DNA from: the human T2T-CHM13v2.0 reference genome, Homo sapiens
DNA length: 64,000 nucleotides
Strand: one strand, 5' to 3'
Assembly: GCF_009914755.1 (NCBI RefSeq)
Contig: NC_060929.1
Part shown: positions 22,043 to 38,779 of the stretch, in pieces
Numbering within the stretch: the stretch's first letter is position 1
How the letters are laid out: the number at the start of each line of letters is the position of its first letter
The notes under the pieces: model-generated
Seen by the model: the letters and a program-made list of their open reading frames with translations, nothing else
What the model was told of the DNA's origin: nothing
Databases searched by the model: none
Translations under genes and position numbers: made by a program

Positions 22043-22921
22043 AAAATAGTTTATTTTCTAAGTGCTGATACTGATTCAACAGTTTCAGTTATTCTACATT
22101 AACTACCCTAGGAATTACCATTTTTCACTTTTCCCACCAAATTTGAAGACTGATTTACCAGTTGCTCAGTCAGACAACCACAATGATGTACAGGAGACCC
22201 AGAATCAAAACATAAATGCCTATAGGGGGCCAGCAGTTAACCACAAATGAGTTAAGCAGGAACGACTGGGAGCTACAGTGACCTGGAGAGATCATGCCCA
22301 ATATACGGGCACAGCCAATAATACTGAGCTTAACCAACTGCTGCTCAGGAAGGTGGTCTCTGAAGCTGTCAGATCTTCCCACTGTCACAAAAGCCAGAAA
22401 TCTGGATTTTTATATGAAACATCTTGATTTTGAACTATTAACAACTAATTTAAAAGCTGATAAAACACAGTTCAAAGCAAAACATCTGTAGAGTGCCAGT
22501 TTGTGGCTCGTGCATTCTTCTTAAACACCTGCACTCTTCCCTTCTCTCTCTCCTTTCCCCATTTTCTCTCTCTCTCTCTCTCTTATGATGTTCCTCCCAT
22601 CACTTTTTCCTCCAGAATATCCAAGCCTAAAGAATAAGGAAAAGGTAATGATATGTGGAATTAAAAAGCCAGAGAAAATACCAAAACTCAGCATCCTGTT
22701 ACTAACTTAAAAAGTCTGAAAATCTTGCAGACTTAGTGATGCCATTTCAACTGGTGATAATACCTACTGTGCAAACAAAATCTTAACGCTTCTTCAGCAA
22801 GGAGCCTGGAGTGAGATCAAGTACTTGCATGAGCTAGGGAACCAAGTGGACTGGAGCTAGAGACCCAATTCTGCTACCTGCCTGTTACCTGTATTTCCTC
22901 ATCATTTAAAAGCAAACAGTA

Positions 22922-23621
<700 letters not shown>

Positions 23622-24538
23622 TTAGTAAATGGGTGTTAAATACATAGATATGGTGTATTATAATTCTTACAGCTTGTTACTTTTGAAAAGAAAACACTGG
23701 AGAGACAAAAACTTCCATCTCAGGGTCTATCTGATTCAGTTTGTGTGCATGCTCTCCCTGCTGTTTCTTCCCTTAAACAGGTTTTAAAACATGCTGTTTT
23801 TAGACATTATTCCATTATTCCTATGACCAATGATTTGCAAGTGGTTTATGACTCATCCTCAAATGCATAGCAGTAACTACAGAAGATATAAAAGTATAAT
23901 TAAGATGCCTAAAATATTTCTGGAATGAGGCCCTAATTCTTCCCAGTCAAGCTTGTACCCTTTTATCACCATCCAGTTGCTTTTTTTATAAAATAAAAAA
24001 GTATAAATTATACAGCAAAAGTCATGTACAAAAGTCAAACTTGTCACCACCTTTCAAATATAAAAATATTACAGTGGCTGGCTTGTTGGGTTATAGAGCA
24101 TTAGGCCCAAACTCCCTGACATAGTTTATTTTGCCCTTCCTGGGGCAACCACCACTAATCTCTGCAGCCTCGTCTCTCACCACTCCCTCCCTTCTCCCAA
24201 ACTCCCCAAATACACTATATATTCTATACACTAAACTCTCGTACATACTGTTTCCTCAACCAGAGCTCACTTTTTCCTCCCTCAAGCCCTCTCCTCAGCC
24301 AGTCTCTTCCCTAATTAATCCTAAATATTAGAATCCAGATTAAATATTTCGTTATGTCCTTCAGTCTCAGCTTACATGTCACTTCCAAGATTTCCCAGAT
24401 CTTTTCCTCATCTCCACCATACAAACTTAGGGTTAGGAGCACCTTTTTATATGTTCCTATAACACCTTACATATACCCATCTAAGAAAGAAGCTGATAGT
24501 ATAGAATTCAACAAGAAAAAGACCACATGCTTATGTGC

Positions 24539-24543
<5 letters not shown>

Positions 24544-24593
<50 letters not shown>

Positions 24594-24615
24594 TATATAC
24601 ATACATATACACACG
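24544..24615. repeat. (TA)n/(CA)n microsatellite
   Basis: Direct inspection. Confidence 0.95.
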
Positions 24616-25778
24616 TATATTACACTTTATTTCCTAACAAAATTAAAGACTCTAGTAAAATCTCAGAAGCACTACTTGGTGAACATGCATCCTTTTGCCT
24701 TCTGACTCTTACTCCACGACGGCCTAATTTCGAAGACTGCCAAAGGATATCAAACACATATAAAAAGTGTTTAAATCTTTCCACTCTGATGTCATATAAT
24801 TTAAATAAGAATGTTTAAATTAGCAAGATGATTTTAACTTGAACAAAGTTATTTTACAAATACTTTTACTTTGAAAAGTTCAGAAAACACTTTTTGCTGT
24901 TTTCTTCAGAGCTTCAAAAATTTGATGCGGTTCATTACCTATAATTTGAAAAAACTGCCCTACATCATAGGATTTTTAATCTGAGGGCTCCCCATTTAAA
25001 TAGATATGCCACTTTCCACTAGATCCTGATATTCAGGAGAACTGAAGTCATCTCTTTTTCATCTTTGTATTTCATAGCCTATCACACCGTCTGGAAGAAG
25101 GGTCTCCAAAAATATTTGTTGAACAACTGAATTTTACCAAGTAGTTCAACAAATCTTTTGTGCACCTACCATGTCCCATGACCCTCAGCCTTCTTATGTT
25201 ATCTCAAATAATGCTAATGATACATACTCTGGGGAGATCAGCCAAGGTTTTGTCTTTATCTGAAAAAAAAAATTATATACGTTTGGGAATGGGGGATAGG
25301 AAAGGTATTCTAAGAGGTAAATGGAATACAGGCAGGTTTTGTAAACAAGACATACATAAAGGACAGAATACATTTATAGAATCTATATCTTGCAATAATA
25401 AATTACAAGTTTGTGATCTTTTAAAGAATATTCCATTCATATTTAAGATATGTTATATTTATAATGAGCAAGATTCTGCTGAAAAGTTAAACTGAGTTTG
25501 CACTTCCTGAACAAAGCTAATTTCTGGAACTCCCCTAGGCTGTGACATTTGTAGTAATGTGTTCAGAGAAATGAATACAGTTTAAGTAAATAGCCAAATA
25601 ACTGTGACTCAATGATCAATCAAATCTAAGAATGCATTTTTAAAACTATTTTAACCATAAATGTAAAGAAGTTCACCCAGGGTACTAGTAGAACTCTAAT
25701 AGCATAATGAAATAAAATATAAAAAGCCATCAATTCATTTATATTTTATTGACAACACCTAAATATTCTCCATAATTC

Positions 25779-25974
25779 TAGAATTATATTCTACCTAGTT
25801 AAAGCAAATAAAATGCATAGCAAGAGGGAGGAGAGCTTTTCACAGGTAGCAAATTTCACAAGAAATAAGCAAAGTGTAGAATTATAGTCTACCTAATTAA
25901 AGCAAATAAAATGCATAGCAAGAGGGAGGAGAGCTTTTCACAGGTAGCAAATTTCACCAGAAATAAGCAAAGTG
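25779..25974. repeat. 98-bp tandem duplication (2 copies)
   Basis: 25779-25876 and 25877-25974, 3 mismatches. Confidence 0.9.
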
Positions 25975-27229
25975 CAGAAATGTTGGGGAAAATTGTAATC
26001 CTAAGGTATTAACTAAACGTAACTGAAAAAAAGATTAAATTCAGCAAGCCATTTTTTTAAAAAAGCATCATAAAATAAATCTCTGCTAAACAGATTTTTA
26101 CCTATATATTTATAATTAACAATTCTGAACAGACTAAAAACTAAATAAAACTAGCACAGTAATTTAGCCTTTGATTTATATTTGAAACACTTTTCCTCCA
26201 GTATCCTATTGAGACCCCTCCAAACATTTTTAAATGCTTCCCCAACCCCCTCAGACGACTTGTTTAAATTAATTGTATTCACAAACCCCTATGTTCAAAT
26301 TCACAGTCCCTTCTAATCACAAATTTTCCATCCTCCTCAGAGGTTTACTGAGCGTCAACTATACATAGTACATTTAGAAAATATAAAAACATTCTACATT
26401 CAAGATCCTTTCCTCTGAAGTCTTACAATCCAGCCCTAGGAAAAGGTCAAAATGTCCAAAGTGTGATACTCCAAGTATTCAAGCAGTAAAGACCTTCAAC
26501 CATATTCAGTCCTTCTGTTCCCCTTCTTGGAATGCTTTTCCCCTGGCTGGATTCTTCTCATCTTTCAAATCTCAGAGATAGTTCATGACACCATTGAGCT
26601 ATTTTCTACAGTAGCAACCCATTCCTTTCCTTCACTGCTTTTTTCCCAGTTTGTAATTACATATTTGATTGCTTGTTTGCTGGTTTATTATCCGTATCCA
26701 GTAAGAGAATACTCTACAAAAACATGAACTCCACTGCATTGTCAGTGATTACCAAAGCACTCAATAAACACCTGATAAATTAATGCACAGGTCTGGTGTT
26801 CCGAAGAAAGGTCTGAGCTAGACACACTGGGATATAGATGATAATTTACCATGAAAACTGATTTTATAAATTACCAGTGGGACGTATGTAGGGTTTGAAG
26901 AGAACCTAGAATGAAGACCTGAAAAGGCCCTATATTTAGAGTTCTGGTAGGATAGGTAAAGGAGACTGTCTCTCTCCTCCAATCCACTTTATGCTTTTTA
27001 ACTGTGATATAACTATGCCACTTAAATATGACTGTGTAACTATTTTACAAGTATTACTGTCATCACCCCTTACTTCCCCTATTGGACGCTTAAGTTTCTT
27101 GGAAACAGAACTGATGTCTGCTCATCCCATGATACGCTCAGCATATTGCAGGAAGTAAGGTTAGATAATCATGAACCTGGAAAAAGGGCTTCTTACTAGG
27201 TAGCTGTGCCTGGCATTTCCGAGATTTCC

Positions 27230-27790
27230 AACGTGCACCCGCCAACTCCGCCGCCCTAATCGCAGAGCTGCCCGAGCCGCCGACTCCCCGGCAGGGGGCG
27301 CCGCACCCTCCTCCGAAGGCCGCTGCCGGCTGCAGTCCCCGCCCCCAGCCCCGCGGTCACCTGCAGCGGGTGCACTCAGGCCTCCGCTCGGCCGGCTCCA
27401 CCGGCAGCTCCCACAGCCCGTCCGCACTGTCGTCGTCCGCCTCTGCGCCCAGGGCAGCCGCCGCCGGCACTGCGCCGCCCTCCCGCCGCTCCTTGTCGTT
27501 CGGCGTCTGAGAGCTTGAGGCCCCAGAAGGCCGCGCAACGGGCTCCTGGAGTGTTCGTGCCTCTTTCTGCGACTCCATGGCGGACACTCCGGTCAGGCCG
27601 TGGCATTGAAGCCCGGCTGCCGCCGGGGGGCGCCACGCGCTGTAGAAACCGGCCCGCGCCGCGTAGCGCAATGCCCGCACGCCACGTACGGGGGGCGGGT
27701 CTCCGAAGCCCAGGCTGGAGGTCCCACCCTGCCGCTGGGAAGGAACGAGCCCATTGGTCCGTGCCCAGTGGGACCGTTCACCTAGAACTG
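27230..27790 (-). promoter_or_regulatory. CpG island and promoter of DTWD2
   Basis: Very high GC and CpG density; GC box GGGGCGGG at ~27692-27699; CCAAT (ATTGG) at 27753-27757 and 27841-27845; no TATA box. Confidence 0.88.
27361..27578 (-). CDS. DTWD2: DTWD2 (tRNA-uridine aminocarboxypropyltransferase 2) coding exon 1; gene continues left beyond the window
   Basis: [35 protein letters not shown]...RRPECTRC matches the recalled DTWD2 N-terminus; Kozak gccATGg; donor CAG|GTGACC at 27361/27360; 218 coding nt. Confidence 0.95.
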
Positions 27791-29029
27791 GGTAGGCAAG
27801 TGTGGGCAGTGTTGGAGTGCTGGTGAGGTTAAGTAGCGTCATTGGGAGAGGTAAGGGAAACCTCCCCGAGAGGACCCCAGTACCAAGCCCGAATTTAACT
27901 CCTTTAAAAGTTAAAATAAAATGGAATTCTGCATTTTCCGCCTTGGGATGGCAGTTTAAGAATTTGCAGGATTTCCACGCGTGCATGCATCGCAGGTGCG
28001 GCAGCTGATGCACTTATTATTTAAAGGCCAACAAAGGAGAGGTTATATCCACTGGGAACTACTCACAGCTGGTCCGTTTCCTTATGTGAATTTCCTGCTC
28101 TTCTATGTCTTGTGCTAATAAGACATCAAGCATGCTATTTTACACTGGACACCAGATATTTGTTAAATTAGATTTTTAGATCGTCCCCGATCAGGAAGCA
28201 ATAGGAGAGCTGGCCCGGGGTACCAATAGGTTTTATGTATGAGGAAACAAGCCCTAGAAAGGTAACGTTGCCCAGGTATTTAACAACTACTGGATACGGC
28301 GGTATATAGCACAGCAGCTGTTTTTTAAAAGCCAAAATGAAATCTATGTTAGAATGAAGGCAGAAATACTATTTACCCAAAATGGGTATCGAATTCCTTT
28401 TGTTTATTAATGCTTTGTGTTACTTCCAGCAATACACAACATTAAAACAGAATTAAGCTTGGTTTTGATCAATCATGTGAATTAAGCTTAGGAATCACAG
28501 TTGTCTTAACTCTATAGTTGTAATAGATTAAATGTGAGGCAAAGTAGACAACACAGTAATAGAGCAAATACTGTATTTCTTAAAATGTTTATTTCACATT
28601 AGATTTTTCAGTCATCTTAAAATCAAGTTTGTGAATAAAATACCGTGCTGTTTTCAACTATCCTACGTTCTTTCCCCCCGGAAACAGCACCTCTCTTTTC
28701 CTTTGGAGCGTCCTATGTGAGGGATAGAAAAAGGCTGAAACACCCACCTGGTGATGGACGTAGAGTGGGAGAAAGAACTAGCAATTATGCCATTTGGAAT
28801 TGGAGGATAAACAAAATCCAGAAACTGTAGGAAAGGAGATGAATCAGAAAATTCATCTTGTCTGTAGATTTAGGTTGGGGAACCAATTCTTTAACTGCCA
28901 AAATTAAATTCTCATGTGACTTATCTTTAAACGAAAGGAAGCTGCTCATCTTTAATTTCAAGAGGTGAAATGTGCTCAAGTCCTCTAAGGTCCCTTGAGA
29001 CTCCCAATTGTGTGGTGTGAGAAGACAGA

Positions 29030-29430
29030 TGATAAGGAAAAAAAAAAAAACTTTTTATCTAAGGAATGCGAGCAGTCATGTCTCACTCTCCCTTGAGCTA
29101 AATAATTACCTCTTGAAGGCACTTGCTATGCAGGCCCTAGACTGACACCGAGTAGCCATAAAACGCCGTATACCCTATAGTTCAACAATATGTATAGCCA
29201 ATCACTAACCAATGTTATTTCTGTAAATAAATGACACTTCCTGAGACATAGCTTTTGTAATGCCCCCCTCTGCTGATTCGTTCTCTTTTCTTTAAAAACT
29301 CCAGCCCATTTTGTTCTCCAGAGCACTCTCCACAGCAACCTGGAAGTACGACCTAGGCTACAGTCCTCAACGTTGGCCCAAATAAACTCTCTATATTAAT
29401 TTTGCCTCTGCTCCTTCCTTTTAGGTTGAT
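29030..29430 (+). mobile_element. ERV1 solo LTR (LTR37-like)
   Basis: Start tttttatctaaggaatgcgag, tandem CCAAT boxes, AATAAA, ending aggttga. Confidence 0.5.
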
Positions 29431-30257
29431 GTGAGCCTACTTACTTGGGGCTTCCTTTTAACACCCCATATCAGATTATTGGCTTTACCCTTCAAAGTAT
29501 TCAAAATCCAAACATTTATCTCACCTACTACTTCTGCCCTGGTTCAAGCCCCCGTCATCTCTTGCATAGAATATTGCCAAAGACCTAAGTGGTCTCCTGC
29601 TCCATCTCCGCTCCTTATGAAGAAAATCCCCTACAAGTCCATTGTCTCAGAGGCTGACCAAAATCAAAGAAAGCTTCCATCCAGGCAAGACACAGAGTTG
29701 AGAAAGGAGAGCCATTTTCCTCTATAGGAAGCAAGAAATTCACCCAATATCCAGGTTTGTGAACAATGACCTTCAGACGCCTGAGGAAACATGCAGGTGA
29801 GGTTACCACCTTGGGGCAGACCCAGGTATCAGACCATCAGTGACTCAGCTTCTGGGAAGTGCCAAGACACCAGAAAGGGAAGTAAAATATCCTTTATGGG
29901 ATACAGACAACTTACTAGTGTCAAGATAATGTATTGAGGTGTTAATGTATGTTTTGTTTATCTCCCAACTTCAGGTAGAAAACCAGACTTTTATGCTCCT
30001 TTGCCTCAGAGGAGTTTGGGTAGTAAAGACTGAGGACAATCTTAGGTCCACGCCTGGTGTTGTGGGAAAAGGAGATCCTGTTACTGGTAGAGGAAAGGGC
30101 CTCAGTAATGTAAGGGATTGAATATCCTGCCAGGCCTGCAGTATGAGGATTCAGCATTGTATAAGATTTGATTTAAATGAAATAAAAACATGGTATTTTT
30201 TGCTATATTCATTTTCTATCACTGTGGAACTAATAACCACAAATTTAGTGGCTTTTT

Positions 30258-30879
<622 letters not shown>

Positions 30880-30985
30880 ACTTATTTTTCTTTTAAGTGA
30901 AAACCAAGTTTATTAGGCAAGCAAAAGAATAACAAATGGCTACTCCACAGGCAGAGCAGCAGCTTAGGCTACTTCATCAAGGATA

Positions 30986-33722
<2,737 letters not shown>

Positions 33723-33788
33723 GCACCAATAATATTTATAGTTATTTCTTGATTATATGTTAAACAAGGGGTGGATTATTTATGAGTT

Positions 33789-33797
33789 TTCCAGGAA
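33789..33797. promoter_or_regulatory. GAS (STAT1) motif TTCCAGGAA in MER41 U3
   Basis: Fits TTCN3GAA at the position of the MER41 tandem GAS sites; second site degenerate (TTTCCAGAA, 33810-33818). Confidence 0.5.
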
Positions 33798-35945
33798 AGG
33801 GGTGGGCAATTTCCAGAACTGAGGGCTCCTCCCCTTCTCAGACCACACAGGATTACTTCCTGATGTTGCCTTGGCATTTGCAAACTGTCATGGTGCTGAT
33901 GGGAGTGTCTTTTAGCATACTAATGCATTATAATTAGCATATAATGAGTGCTGAGGACGACCAGAGGTCACTTTCTTGGCCATATTGGTTTTGATGCGAT
34001 TGGCCAGCTTCTTTATCACATCTTTATGACCTGTACCTTGTGCTGACTTCCTGTCTCATCCTGTGACTTAGAATGCCTAACCTCCTGGGAATTCAGCTCA
34101 GTAAGTCTCAGCCTTATTTTACCCAGCTCCTATTCAAGATGGAATTGCTCTGGTTCAAACGCCTCTGACATATTTCCCACCTTCCTTTCATACGAGAACC
34201 CTTAATGCTAAGGGTTTTAGAGGGACAAAGATCCATCTTCTGTAGCTTCTTCAGGCTGAATAGGGGTGATGATATTCCTGCCTAACTACTAGGGTCTCTT
34301 GTATTTGGGGTAGAGAGGAGCTTAGTCAGAAAGCATCAGTATGGTGAGGGCCATCCATAACTCTGCAAAAGGTGATATCTGGAAGATTAATAGGTGTCCA
34401 ATTTAAGATAACATTGAGTAAACTTACCCTGAATTCTTACACGGAGAGTACAGCAGCAACATATTCCGCAACAGTAAAACAAAACTATCCCAAGTAAACT
34501 AGTTAAGAAAGCTTTCCATGAACTGGGCAATTTGAAACCAAGCTGATATGGTGTCACTACCTGATTCCAATATATGCCCAGAATTACAATATTGATCTAT
34601 ATTTTTACATTATCCATCCCCCTTGTTTTGTTTGAGCAGCAGGCAGAGATCACTGACTGGTTCACAGGAATGAGTGTTCAGTCTAAATTGCAGGGAAAAC
34701 ATCCTCAAAAACAACTGATGAGGTTACAATCTAATAATAATTGTACCATAGTTCTTGAAACATAGTTTTTCTCTCTTCAATCTCCCATTTTTACTAAATA
34801 CAAATCATGGTAAAACCAATTTGCCTTATTATACTTAGCCTGATTATTTGTATAAAGTGCAGCAGGAATAATTATTTGCCGCATAGGCTTATTTTAATTA
34901 GCTTTGATGGAACTTTTGTTCCATCAAAGGAATCTTAGATAAGACTTTTTTAAAAGCCCAGCCCAGCTATGGGGTTGTACTGTCAAATACCTATGAGTTG
35001 GGTAAGTTCCTCTTCTCTTGAGATCCCAAGATAATTTGGGGCTTCTGGGCCTGTCAAAAACTGACATTCTTTACTTACCACAGGTCTGGAACTCTATACA
35101 GGGACTATGTAGACAGGGTATGAGGTGAGGCCAGTTTCCCAAGGGGTTTTTATTGGATTTATAAGTCAAATTTGATTCCTTAAAAGAAAGCATGCTATTC
35201 CAGTCAAAACCTTGGTAAAATAACCAGTGTCTCCAATTGTGTCCCGTTACAAAAGAAAACAGATACTTATTGCACTTATGCAAATAACTATATTGCCATA
35301 AATTGAGAATGCTCACAAATAATTTCCAATTCTGGAGAAATCAGGTAGAGAGAAATAAATATGCTCCAAATTTTGTTCACAGGAATAGACTTTACTCAAT
35401 TGATAAAAGCTGTAAGTAACTTGAAAGTTTTCTTGGCTCTGAAACACAAAACAAAGGATCAGCAATGTTTTAAACAAAAAAGTCAAAAAGATTACTTCAG
35501 TCTTCTATTAATTCAGTCTATGTAATTAACTCCTGTTGTGCTTGATATTCATGAACATTCAGCTCTCCATGCGAGTCCTGAAACTTTTTTCGTCTACTGT
35601 AATGTTACAATCTCCAAAGTTATTAGAAATGTGCACTTAAGAGCACCTGTCAAAGTCCTATAGCTGATTATAAACCACCTTTTGAAGAGGATCAAAATTA
35701 GACAATTGTCTGTGGATGACAGTCTTAGGTCAGCCACTATTAAGAGCCACAATTGACAAGAAAATTTGGTTACTTCTTTGGCATACAACAATTTTACATA
35801 ACAATTATAACTATTAATAACAAAACTAAGTCATATTAGAATTATGAGTTTACATGATTTTGGAATACACACCAATTACATTTATACAAATACAGCCCAA
35901 AGAAAGCCAAATACCATTTTATATTTGACTACACTTCCTGTATGA

Positions 35946-36314
<369 letters not shown>

Positions 36315-37212
36315 TAAAAGATTAATTAGGTCAGAGAAAAACGTAATTTAGAGTATGATTTTGGAAAGTTTGTCAGACATCAAAGGTTTAAAACACGATA
36401 ACATAAAATAGAATCCCAGGCCACCATAAGTTATTCATTCAGGCAAAATGATGACTTAAAAATATTTTTAGAGGCAAAAACCTTTATTCATTAAGAGGGA
36501 AGACTTAGCTTTCTAAACAATCTGTGTCTTTTTTTTTCTTTTCTTTCTTTTTCCTATAGTTTATTTAAAAGGCAAACAAAAATCTTTCTTTTTTTTTGAT
36601 AGTACATGAAAATCTTGTTCAAGAGAGAAAACCAAATTTTACCCTTTGCGTTAGTGTACTATTAATGTCAACCCCAATTTTTAATAAAACTTTATAGACA
36701 AATCTATCCAATTTTTATGTCTGATCATAAGGTAAGATTCTCATAAACCTTTTACAAATCTTTACAAATTTTTGTTAAAGAACAGATTAGTGCTGTAAGA
36801 AAAACCTGTTATGCCTTTATTCCAATATTCCAAAGGGTATTCCAATGAATACCCTTTTAACTTTAGCCAATATGTTCACACATAGAATTTCTTTTACAAG
36901 ATTAATTTTTCACAAATCTTCCACAACTTACTCAAACCTTCAGCTTTATTCTACTTAACTTAAAACAATCCTTTAACCGTTTAGGCACACAAAAAAATCT
37001 ACATTCTCATGACATCTTATAATCTTTTACAAAAAACACATTTCGCTTTCCTTACACATCTTGCATGTAAAGCTGTTTTTATTTCCAAGATTACTAAAGT
37101 CATGTGAACTAAAAGGCATTAAAGTTTTTACTTTTCTGACAAAATATTTGAGTTAAGCGTTTATTATTTTTAAAACAAATAAAGCTCTTTCTTATGTAAA
37201 CATCACACACAC

Positions 37213-37507
<295 letters not shown>

Positions 37508-37523
37508 AAATAAAAATCATACA

Positions 37524-38779
37524 ATCTCCCTCTCCCTCTCCCTTTCCCTTTCCCCCTCCCCCTCCCCCTCCGCCTCCCTCTCCGCACGGTCTCCCTCTGA
37601 TGCCGAGCCGAGGCTGGACTGTACTGCCGCCATCTCGACTCACTGCAACCTCCCTGGCTGATTCTCCTGCCTCAGCCTGCCGAGTGCCTGGGATTGCAGG
37701 CACGCGCCGCCACGCCTGACTGGTTTTCGTATTTTTTGGTGGAGGCGGGGTTTCGCCGTGTTGGCCAGGCTGGTCTCCAGCTCCTGACTGCGAGTGATCT
37801 GCCAGCCTCGGCCTCCCGAGGTGCCGGGATTGCAGATGGAGTCTCGCTCACTCAGTGCTCAATGTTGCCCAGACTGGAGTGCAGTGGCGTGATCTCGGCT
37901 CGCTACAACCTCCACCTCCCAGCCGCCTGCCTTGGCCTCCCAAAGTGCCGAGATTGCAGCCTCTGCCCGGCCGCCACCCCGTCTAGGAAGTGAGGAGCAT
38001 CTCTGCCTGGCCGCCCATCATCTGTGATGTGAGGAGCGCCTCTTCCCGGCCGTCATCCCGTCTAGGAAGTGAGGAGCGTCTCTGCCCGGCCGCAACCCTG
38101 TCTGGGAACTGAGGAGTGTCTCTGCCCCGCCGCCACCCCATCTGGGAGGTGAGGAGCGTCTCTGACCAGCCGCCCCGTCTGAGAAGTGAGGAGCCCCTCC
38201 ACCCGGCAGCCACCCCGTCTGGGAAGTGAGGAGCCCCTCCGCCCAGCAGCCGCCCCATCTGGGAGGTGTACCCAACAGCTCATTGAGAACGGGCCATGAT
38301 GACAATGGCGGTTTTGTCGAATAGAAAAGGGGGAAATGTGGGGAAAAGAAAGAGAGATCAGATTGTTACTGTGTCTGTGTAGAAAGAAGTAGACATAGGA
38401 GACTCCATTTTGTTCTGTACTAAGAAAAATTCTTCTGCCTTGGGATGCTGTTAATCTATAACCTTACCCCCAGCTCTCTGAAACATGTGCTGTGTCCACT
38501 AAGGGTTAAATGGATTAAGGGCGGTGCAAGATGTGCTTTGTTAAACAGATGCTTGAAGGCAGCCTACTCGTTAAGGGTCATCACCACTCCCTAATCTCAA
38601 GTACCCAGGGACACAAACACTGAGGAAGGCAGCAGGGCCCTCTGCCTAGGAAAACCAGAGACCTTTGTTCACATGTTTATCTGTTGACCTTCCCTCCACT
38701 ATTGTCCTATGACCCTGCCAAATCCCCCTCTCCCAGAAACACCCAAGAATGATCAATAAATACTAAAAAAAATAAAATA
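37524..38779 (+). mobile_element. SVA (older SVA_A/B-like, short VNTR) inserted at the Alu tail
   Basis: Hexamer, Alu-like region, VNTR, SINE-R, A-tail; TSD AAATAAAAATCATACA at 37508-37523 and 38780-38795. Confidence 0.95.

Noticed and set aside
27579-28013. 218-aa ORF extending DTWD2 N-terminally
   Set aside because: The extension runs through the promoter (CCAAT and GC boxes) from a non-ATG start; the strong-Kozak ATG at 27578 matches the known N-terminus.
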